A stretch of DNA of 57,294 nucleotides from Burkholderiales bacterium (lineage in GTDB: Bacteria > Pseudomonadota > Gammaproteobacteria > Burkholderiales > Burkholderiaceae_C): assembly GCA_039932275.1 (NCBI GenBank), contig JBDTQF010000001.1, positions 1 through 57,294 on the forward strand, written 5' to 3'. The position numbers were made by a program, and so were the translations under genes. Below, one piece after another: positions 49,012-57,294 of this stretch; positions within the stretch are counted from its first letter, which is position 1; the number at the start of each line of letters is the position of its first letter. Under the pieces are notes generated by a model. That model searched no databases. It was not told the origin of the DNA and saw only the letters and a list, made by a program, of their open reading frames with translations.

Positions 49012-50299
49012 GGGCCGCCACCGGTGTAGGGGCCGTCAGCAGCGGCAGGGCCGCGAGCCGTTCGCTCGCGGGCGGGTGGGAGTAGTGAAAGCGCACGTAC
49101 ACCGGGTCGGGTGTCAGCGTCGAGGCGTTGTCTTCGTAGAGCTTGAGCAGGGCGCTGGCCAGATCATCGGCGCGGCTGTGGGCGCAGGCATACGCATCGG
49201 CCTCGAATTCGTGCCGGCGCGACAGCGCGGCAGCGAGCGGGCTGGCGAAGAAGCCGACCACCGGCGCCACCAGCATCACCAGGATCAATGCCAGCGCGTG
49301 GTTGGGCGCGTCCAGGAGGGGCGTAACGCCCAGGCCCGTGAAGAAGGCCGGCTGGGCCATCAGCCAGTTGATCAGCGCCAGGCTGGCGCCCCACAGCAGC
49401 AGCACGGCGCCGATGCGCTTGGGCACATGCCCCAGCTTGGCGTGGCCAAGTTCATGCGCCAGCACTGCCTCCACCTCGGGCGCGGCCAGCTTGCCCAGCA
49501 GCGTGTCGAAGAACACCACCCGCTTGGCTGCGCCGAAGCCGGTGAAGTAGGCGTTGGCGTGGGCCGAGCGCTTGGAGCCATCCATCACGAACAGGCCGCT
49601 GGCGCGGAAGCCGCAGCGCTGCATCAGGGCTTCGACGCGCCGACGCAGCGCTTCGTCGCCCAGCGGCTCGAACTTGTTGAACAGCGGCGCGATCACCGTG
49701 GGATACACCAACTGCATCAGCAGCATGAAACCGGCGAACACGCCGAAGGCCCACAGCCACCAGGTGCTGCCGGTGGCCGCCATCAGCCACAACACCAGCG
49801 CGGCCAGCGGCAGCCCGATCAGCGCGCCCACCAACCCCGCCAGCAGCAGGTCGCGCAGCCACATTGCGGGTGTCATGCGGTTGAAGCCGTGGTGCTGCTC
49901 CAGCCGAAAGGTGCGCCAGGCTTCGAGCGGCAGGTCGAGTAAGGCGCCGATCAGGCTGACGGCGGTGAGCAGGCCGAGCTGATAGCCCAGGTCGCCCCAG
50001 CGTGGCTGCAGCAGCGCAAGCAGCTGCTGGTTGAGCTGGTCGAGCCCACCGAGCAATGTCCAGCCCAGCAGCACCGCCGCGCCCCAGGCGATGGCGAGCA
50101 GGTCCAGCCGGTGGCGGGCAATGGTGTAGTCGGCCGCGCGCTGATGGGCCGCCAGCGTGACGCGCTCGGCAAAGCGGGGCGGTACGCTGGCGCGGTGCGC
50201 GGCGACATGGCGCACCTGCCGGCCGATGAGCCAGAAGCGGGTCAGCAGCACGGCGAGCAACAACGCGGCGAAAACAGTGGTCACGAACAGGGAGGACAT
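49001..50299 (-). CDS. M48 (Ste24-like) metallopeptidase
   Basis: [29 protein letters not shown]....R. Confidence 0.94.
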   Translation of the reverse strand: MSSLFVTTVFAALLLAVLLTRFWLIGRQVRHVAAHRASVPPRFAERVTLAAHQRAADYTIARHRLDLLAIAWGAAVLLGWTLLGGLDQLNQQLLALLQPRWGDLGYQLGLLTAVSLIGALLDLPLEAWRTFRLEQHHGFNRMTPAMWLRDLLLAGLVGALIGLPLAALVLWLMAATGSTWWLWAFGVFAGFMLLMQLVYPTVIAPLFNKFEPLGDEALRRRVEALMQRCGFRASGLFVMDGSKRSAHANAYFTGFGAAKRVVFFDTLLGKLAAPEVEAVLAHELGHAKLGHVPKRIGAVLLLWGASLALINWLMAQPAFFTGLGVTPLLDAPNHALALILVMLVAPVVGFFASPLAAALSRRHEFEADAYACAHSRADDLASALLKLYEDNASTLTPDPVYVRFHYSHPPASERLAALPLLTAPTPVAAHGA

Positions 50300-50393
50300 G
50301 CGGACCATTCTCGCCGAAGGGCGCGCGCCGGCTGGGGTGGCGCTGCCATCGGCCGCGGGCATCTGGGACAATCGGCGCCGCAAGGAGAACCCG

Positions 50394-50957
50394 ATGATGA
50401 GCGATGCAGGATTGGCCAAGAACGACATGAACCTGGTGTGGGTCGACATGGAGATGACGGGTCTCGACCCACAGACCGACCGCATCATCGAGATTGCCGT
50501 GGTGGTGACCGACGCCCAGCTCACCACCCGCGTCGAAGGCCCGGTGATCGCGGTGCACCAATCGGATGCCATGCTCGACGGCATGGACGCCTGGAACAAG
50601 GGCACCCATGGCCGTAGCGGCCTGACCGATCGGGTCAAGGCCTCGACGATTGACGAGAGCGCGGCCGGGGTGCAGATCCAGGCCTTCCTGCAGCAGTTCG
50701 TCTCCAAGCGCGCGGCGCCGATGTGTGGCAACTCCATCTGCCAGGACCGCCGCTTCATGGCCAACTACATGCCGCAGCTGGAAGCCTTCTTCCACTACCG
50801 CAACCTGGATGTCTCGACGCTGAAGGAGTTGGCGCGCCGCTGGAAGCCCGAACTCATGGACGGCTTCAAGAAGAAGCAGGCCCACACCGCGCTGGCCGAC
50901 ATCCATGAATCCATCGACGAGCTGCTGTACTACCGCCAGCACCTGCTGGCGGTGTGA
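50394..50957 (+). CDS. orn: Oligoribonuclease
   Basis: [41 protein letters not shown]. Confidence 0.97.
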   Translation: MMSDAGLAKNDMNLVWVDMEMTGLDPQTDRIIEIAVVVTDAQLTTRVEGPVIAVHQSDAMLDGMDAWNKGTHGRSGLTDRVKASTIDESAAGVQIQAFLQQFVSKRAAPMCGNSICQDRRFMANYMPQLEAFFHYRNLDVSTLKELARRWKPELMDGFKKKQAHTALADIHESIDELLYYRQHLLAV

Positions 50958-50994
50958 GACCGCGCTGGGCAGGCGTCCACGTCGGGCGCATGCG

Positions 50995-52131
50995 TCAGCG
51001 CACAGCAATACGCGGCAACCGCAGCTCGAAACGCGTCACCAGGTCGTCCGACATCACTTCAATGGTGCCGCCGTGTGCCGTGGCGATCTCTCGCACGACA
51101 TACAGGCCAAGTCCCAAGTTGGCACCTGCCACCTGTGAGTCTGCACCGGTGTCGACACCGCCGGCACGAACCAGTGGATCAAAAAGCGTCGCCACTGATT
51201 CTCGTGGGATTGGCTTGCCGGTGTTCTCGATCGCCAGGATCACTTGGTCCTGGCGCGTGCCATCGAGGAGGATGCGAATGGGCGCGCCCGGGAAACCATA
51301 TTTCAGCGCATTGAAGACCAGGTTTGAGAGCGCCTGATGCAGCCGCCGCGCGTCCCATTCACCCTGGAGGTCCCCTTGCACGTCCAGTTCCATGGCACGC
51401 CCCCGACTGATCGCGCCGATCTCGTCCAATGTGTTTCGGGCGAACTGGTCGAGATCAAGACTTGCTGGCTCGATGCCAAGCCCTGAGCCCAGCCGATGGC
51501 GCGTGTACTCGACCAAATCGTCCAGCAGTGCCTTCATCTGCGCGACGCTGCGCAGAATGATCGGGGCATGCGGTGAATGGTCCGGGTGGGTGCGTATTGC
51601 CAAGGCCGTGGAATTGGCGATCGTGCTGAGCGGCCCACGCAGGTCATGACCCAGTACGCCGAGGAAAAGATCGCGCGACTTGTCCATTTCAGCCACGAAG
51701 ACCTGCAATGACTCGGCAATGGCTTGATCAACCGCTTCGTTGAAGCGGGTCACGTCTTCCAGATCCTGCACATGGGCACCGTCAGGAGCGGCGCTCCAAA
51801 GGCGCAGCACCGTCGCGCGCAGCGCCCGGTACTCGGCGACCAACTGCTCGATCTGGAACCCCTGCCGTTCTCTTTGGCGGGCGTGGCTGCGCGACGGCAG
51901 GCTGATGGACTCGGAAGCCTCAGCGCTGTTGCCTTCCGACTTGGCCTGCTGCTCCTCGTCGTCTTGAGGCCTGCGCATGTCGGCGGCGATCTCCTCGAGA
52001 ATCAGCCGTCCGTGGTCGAGTAGCGCCACCTCGCTCATGTTCGCGGCGGGCGGGAACTGTTCGCGCGCAAACGCAACCCAGTCCACCAGGATCGCGTCAA
52101 GGTTTTTGCTGATGAACGCGTAGAGGCGCAT
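50995..52131 (-). CDS. Cytoplasmic sensor histidine kinase (helical RsbRD_N-like N-terminus, HisKA, HATPase)
   Basis: GVLGHDLRGPL H-box, NLVFNALKY N-box, GLGLGLY G-box; no TM segment. Confidence 0.9.
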   Translation of the reverse strand: MRLYAFISKNLDAILVDWVAFAREQFPPAANMSEVALLDHGRLILEEIAADMRRPQDDEEQQAKSEGNSAEASESISLPSRSHARQRERQGFQIEQLVAEYRALRATVLRLWSAAPDGAHVQDLEDVTRFNEAVDQAIAESLQVFVAEMDKSRDLFLGVLGHDLRGPLSTIANSTALAIRTHPDHSPHAPIILRSVAQMKALLDDLVEYTRHRLGSGLGIEPASLDLDQFARNTLDEIGAISRGRAMELDVQGDLQGEWDARRLHQALSNLVFNALKYGFPGAPIRILLDGTRQDQVILAIENTGKPIPRESVATLFDPLVRAGGVDTGADSQVAGANLGLGLYVVREIATAHGGTIEVMSDDLVTRFELRLPRIAVR

Positions 52132-52238
52132 CGGCCATTCTCCATCTCATGCAGGTTCGCCGCGTGACCGTGCGTGACGATTGTGTGGGACGACGTGCGC
52201 GTTGGATGGGGCGCGCAGTGGGCCAAGCAAAGGGCATG

Positions 52239-52271
52239 AAAAAAGCCCAAGTGAATCATTCACTTGGGCTT
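52239..52271 (-). terminator. Intrinsic terminator downstream of tRNA-Ser
   Basis: AAGCCCAAGTGAAT-c-ATTCACTTGGGCTT inverted repeat with a U-tract on the minus strand. Confidence 0.85.
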
Positions 52272-52276
52272 CTATC

Positions 52277-52368
52277 TGGCGGAAAGGGTGGGATTCGAAC
52301 CCACGTCAGGGGAGAACCCCTGAACCGGATTTCGAGTCCGGCGCATTCGACCACTCTGCCACCTTTCC
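52277..52368 (-). tRNA. tRNA-Ser(CGA)
   Basis: Minus strand reads GGAAAGG...CCGGA-CT-CGA-AA-TCCGG, long variable arm, GTTCGAATCC, CCTTTCC-GCCA. Confidence 0.97.
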
Positions 52369-52428
52369 TGATGTCTTCACGCGGTCTCGCTCTGAGCGAA
52401 GAGGCGCGATTCTAGCTGATGGGAATGT

Positions 52429-53844
<1,416 letters not shown>

Positions 53845-54810
53845 TCAGGAAGGCTTGTGTTGCGCCGCGGCCATGGACTTGTCGCCCAGGCCCTTGGGCA
53901 GCGGGAACTCGATGGTCTCTTCGACGCCGGGCATGGTGCGCACGGCCAGCGCGCCCAGTTCCTTCAGGCGCGCGATGACCTGCTGCACCAGCAGCTCGGG
54001 CGCCGAGGCGCCGGCGGTCAGGCCCACGCGCGGGTGCTGGGCAAACCATTCGGGCTGCAGCTCGGCGGCGCTGTCCACCATGTAGGCAGGGGTGCCCAGG
54101 CGCTCGGCCACCTCGCGCAGGCGGTTGCTGTTGCTGCTGGTGGGGCTGCCCACCACGATGACCACGTCGACCTGGCCGGAGAGCAGCTTCACCGCGTCCT
54201 GCCGGTTCTGCGTGGCGTAGCAGATGTCCTGCTGCTTGGGCTCGCGCACCAGCGGGAAGCGCGCTTTCACCGCCGCCAGCACGCGCGAGGCGTCGTCCAC
54301 CGACAGCGTGGTCTGCGTCACCACGGCCACGCGGCTTTCGTCCTTCAGCCGCACGCCGGCCACATCAATGGCTTCTTCCACCAGGTGGATGCCGCTGCTG
54401 AGCTGGCCCATCGTGCCTTCGACCTCGGGGTGCCCCTTGTGGCCGATCATGATGAACTCAAAACCTTCCTTGGCCAGCTTGGCGACCTCAACATGCACCT
54501 TGGTCACCAGCGGGCAAGTCGCGTCGAAGATGGCGAAGCCGCGCTCGGTGGCTTCGCGCCGCACCGCCTGGCTCACGCCGTGGGCGCTGAACACCAGCGT
54601 GGCGCCGGGCGGCACCTCGGCCAGGTCCTCGATGAAGATGGCGCCCTTGGCCTTGAGGTCATTGACCACATAGGTGTTGTGCACGATCTCGTGGCGCACA
54701 TAGATCGGTGCGCCGAATTTCAGCAGCGCACGCTCGACGATCTCGATGGCGCGGTCCACCCCGGCGCAGAAGCCGCGCGGCTGGGCCAGCAGGACGTCCT
54801 CCACTGACAT
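53845..54810 (-). CDS. ispH: 4-hydroxy-3-methylbut-2-enyl diphosphate reductase
   Basis: [51 protein letters not shown]. Confidence 0.98.
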   Translation of the reverse strand: MSVEDVLLAQPRGFCAGVDRAIEIVERALLKFGAPIYVRHEIVHNTYVVNDLKAKGAIFIEDLAEVPPGATLVFSAHGVSQAVRREATERGFAIFDATCPLVTKVHVEVAKLAKEGFEFIMIGHKGHPEVEGTMGQLSSGIHLVEEAIDVAGVRLKDESRVAVVTQTTLSVDDASRVLAAVKARFPLVREPKQQDICYATQNRQDAVKLLSGQVDVVIVVGSPTSSNSNRLREVAERLGTPAYMVDSAAELQPEWFAQHPRVGLTAGASAPELLVQQVIARLKELGALAVRTMPGVEETIEFPLPKGLGDKSMAAAQHKPS

Positions 54811-55259
54811 CAGAGCACCCCGATCAGCTGGACTTCGAAGCTGACGGGCTGGCCGGCCAGCGGGTGGTTGAAGTCGAACACCGCCCAGTCTTCTTCGGCC
54901 GGGCCCACCTCGCGCACCACGCCGGCATACGAGCCCTGGCCATCGGGCGTGGGGAACTGCACCACGTCCCCGACGTGGTACTGCTCGTCCGGGTCGCCCA
55001 GCTCGCGCAGCAGTGCCAGCTTCACCCGCTGCAGCATCTGCGGGTTGCGCGCGCCGAAGGCTTCGCCCGGTGCCAGCTCGAACTGGGTGCGGCTGCCTTC
55101 TTCCAGGCCGATCAGCCGCGCCTCGATGGCCGGCGCCAGCTCGCCACTCCCCAACGAGAGGGTGGCCGGTTTGTCGCTGAAGGTGTTGACAATGTCGCCG
55201 CCGGGACCGGCCAGGCGGTAGTGCAGGGTCAGAAAAGAACCCGCTTGGACTTGAGGCAC
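54810..55259 (-). CDS. fkpB: FKBP-type peptidyl-prolyl isomerase (SlpA/FkpB-like)
   Basis: [19 protein letters not shown]. Coupled to ispH. Confidence 0.88.
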   Translation of the reverse strand: MPQVQAGSFLTLHYRLAGPGGDIVNTFSDKPATLSLGSGELAPAIEARLIGLEEGSRTQFELAPGEAFGARNPQMLQRVKLALLRELGDPDEQYHVGDVVQFPTPDGQGSYAGVVREVGPAEEDWAVFDFNHPLAGQPVSFEVQLIGVL

Positions 55260-55330
55260 GCTGCCATCCTGTGTTCGCTAGACTGCCCTGATTTTAGTTG
55301 GCCCCTTCCGACAACCCGGACCAGCCACCC

Positions 55331-55999
55331 ATGAAAGACCTGCCAATCGCCTTGCGGCCACGCGAAAAGCTCCTGGCACAAGGCCCGGCCGCGCTGGCCG
55401 ATGCCGAACTGCTGGCGCTGCTGCTGCGCACCGGGCTCAAGGGCAAGGGCGTGCTGCAGCTGGCCGAAGAGCTGCTGGCGCACTTCAAGGGCGTGGGCGG
55501 CCTGCTGCGGGCGCTGCCGGCCGAGCTGGCTCGCATCAAAGGCCTCGGACCGGCCAAGCGGGCCGAGCTGCAGGCGGTGCTCGAACTGGCGCGGCGTGCC
55601 TTGGCGATGGAGCTGGCGCAGCGCCCGGTGTTCGATTCGCCCACCGCGGTGCGCGACTACCTGCGGCTGCAGATGCAGCACCTGCCGCATGAAATCTTCG
55701 CGCTGCTGTTCCTCGACGCGCAGCACCGGCTGTTGCAGTACGAAGAGCTGTTTCGCGGCACGCTCACGCAGACCAGCGTGTACCCGCGCGAGGTGCTCAA
55801 GCGCGCGCTGGCGCTCAACGCCGCGGCGGTGATCCTGGCGCACAACCATCCTTCCGGCGTGGCCGAGCCGTCGCGGGCCGACGAGTTCCTGACCCAGCAG
55901 CTCAAGGCCGCGCTGGCACTGGTGGATGTGAAGGTGCTCGACCACATCGTCGTCGGTAGCGGCACGACGGTGTCGTTTGCCGAACGGGGGTTGTTGTGA
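55331..55999 (+). CDS. radC: RadC (JAB/MPN domain) protein
   Basis: RPREKL, L.DAELLA..LRTG, GLGPAK, VYPREV, AHNHPSG...PS.AD, LDH. Confidence 0.95.
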   Translation: MKDLPIALRPREKLLAQGPAALADAELLALLLRTGLKGKGVLQLAEELLAHFKGVGGLLRALPAELARIKGLGPAKRAELQAVLELARRALAMELAQRPVFDSPTAVRDYLRLQMQHLPHEIFALLFLDAQHRLLQYEELFRGTLTQTSVYPREVLKRALALNAAAVILAHNHPSGVAEPSRADEFLTQQLKAALALVDVKVLDHIVVGSGTTVSFAERGLL

Positions 56000-56679
56000 G
56001 CCGCGTCGGCCGCGCGCCGGGCCGCAAGCCGGCGGCGTCGCGCGTGGAGTCACTCGCCGACCTGGGGCTGATGCGCCGGGCGCTGCGCGAACGCGAACGC
56101 CAGGCGGCCGAAGCCGCGCGCCGCGCTGCCGAGGAAGAAGCGGCGAAGCAGCGCGAGCGCGACTTGTTCGTGCGCAGCGTCGGGCCGGTGATACCGCTGA
56201 CCCGGCCGGTGCGGCTGGTGCACCACCGGCCGCGGCCGGCACCGGTGCCGCGCCAGCGCTTGCTGGACGACGCGCGGGTGCTGCGCGAATCGCTGTCGGA
56301 CGAGTTCGACCCGGCCACGCTGATCGACACCGATGAACAATTGGCCTGGGGCCGTCCCGGTGTCGGGCCGGAGGTGCTGCGCAAGCTGCGGCGAGGCGTC
56401 TGGGTGGTGCAGGGCCACCTCGACCTGCACGGCCACACCCGCGTGGAGGCGCGCCTGGCGCTGGTGGCCTTTCTGCAGGAAGCGGGCAGCCAGGGTTGGC
56501 GTTGCGTGCGCGTGGTGCACGGCAAGGGCCTGGGCTCGCCGGGCCGCGAGCCGGTGCTCAAGCACAAGGTGCGGTCGTGGCTGGTGCAGCGCCAGGAGGT
56601 GCTGGCCTTCGCGCTGGCGCGGGGCGATGACGGCGGTGCTGGTGCGCTGATCGTGCTGCTCGATTCGGCGCGGCGCTGA
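55996..56679 (+). CDS. Smr-domain endonuclease
   Basis: LRKLRRG, LDLHG, VVHGKG.GS, GGAGA..VLL. Confidence 0.92.
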   Translation: MSRVGRAPGRKPAASRVESLADLGLMRRALRERERQAAEAARRAAEEEAAKQRERDLFVRSVGPVIPLTRPVRLVHHRPRPAPVPRQRLLDDARVLRESLSDEFDPATLIDTDEQLAWGRPGVGPEVLRKLRRGVWVVQGHLDLHGHTRVEARLALVAFLQEAGSQGWRCVRVVHGKGLGSPGREPVLKHKVRSWLVQRQEVLAFALARGDDGGAGALIVLLDSARR

Positions 56680-56695
56680 GTCGAGCTGTCGCAAC

Positions 56696-57292
56696 TCAAC
56701 CGGCCTGATCGGCCAGGATCAAATCGGCCGCCTTCTCGGCAATCATCAGGCAGGTGGCATTGATGTTGCCCGAGGTCATGGTGGGCATCACCGACGCATC
56801 GGCAATGCGCACACCCGACACCCCTCGCAGCCGCAGCGCCGTGTCCACCACTGCGTCCTCGTCGCTGCCCATGCGGCAGGTGCCACACGGGTGGAACAGT
56901 GAGCCGGCTGTGGCGTGCACGAAGTCGAGGATGGCCTGGTCACTCTGTATGGCTGCCCCGGGCTGGTGCTCGGCGCTGATCAACTGATCAAGCGGTGCCG
57001 CTTTTGCGAACAGCCGAAGCGTGCGCACGATGTTGATGAAGAAAACGCGATCCTCGGGGGTGCTCAGGTATCCAGGCTGGATCACCGGCTTGCTGGCGGG
57101 GTCGGCGTCACGCAGGGAGATCACCCCCCGGCTCCCTGGCCAGGATTGCGTGATCGACAGCGTGAAGGCTGAGAACGGATGCAGCTGCTGGCCCAGGCCG
57201 GGCGTGCTGTATGGCGTCATCAGAACCTGCGCGTCGGGCCGTGGCTGATCGTCGTGCGACTGCATGAACAGGCCCACCTGCGCGGCTGCGTA
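56696..57292 (-). CDS. GMC (choline dehydrogenase-like) oxidoreductase, C-terminal part; 5' end lies outside the window
   Basis: SRG.I.L, HPCGTCRMG, VVD..LR..GV.GVRIADASVMP...SGNINA...MIAEKAAD. Confidence 0.92.
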   Translation of the reverse strand, partial: YAAAQVGLFMQSHDDQPRPDAQVLMTPYSTPGLGQQLHPFSAFTLSITQSWPGSRGVISLRDADPASKPVIQPGYLSTPEDRVFFINIVRTLRLFAKAAPLDQLISAEHQPGAAIQSDQAILDFVHATAGSLFHPCGTCRMGSDEDAVVDTALRLRGVSGVRIADASVMPTMTSGNINATCLMIAEKAADLILADQAG

Positions 57293-57294
57293 GG

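Noticed and set aside
55331-55999. radC as a mobile-element marker
   Set aside because: It is the full-length form with the N-terminal HhH region, in a core neighbourhood next to fkpB-ispH.

Overview
High-GC betaproteobacterial chromosome segment. Gene order and the S20 N-terminus suggest Burkholderiales, probably the Rubrivivax/Ideonella/Aquabacterium group (inference). 1-22.6 kb holds the 3' end of an RTX-repeat protein and a surface-polysaccharide locus: GT4 glycosyltransferases, VioA/VioB-like enzymes, Wzx, a low-GC glycosyltransferase plus Wzy-like block, an OafA-like acyltransferase, AsnB, Wzz, an SLBB export protein, a second DegT and an acetyltransferase. The minus-strand arm of that locus is interrupted by three palindrome-headed modules: an AAA_14/DUF4143 ATPase, an apparent deleted remnant of a second one, and a Phd + zeta-like toxin-antitoxin pair whose toxin runs in frame into the export gene. 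23.9-29.7 kb holds an uncharacterised convergent cluster: TPR-like protein, roadblock-like protein, Roadblock/LC7 protein and mini-FimV, facing a degenerate Amt, a helical protein and a signal-peptide-less PhnD-like protein, with no MglA-type GTPase. This is the best candidate for an undescribed system. 29.8-57.3 kb is mostly housekeeping (cysM, tRNA-Leu, rpsT, murJ, hda, pcnB, folK, Pit transporter, rpsP-rimM-trmD-rplS, rsgA, orn, tRNA-Ser, serS, ispH, FKBP, radC, Smr). It includes an orphan histidine kinase behind tRNA-Ser and an AT-shifted 62-codon patch inside serS. All calls come from reading motifs by eye; no searches were run.
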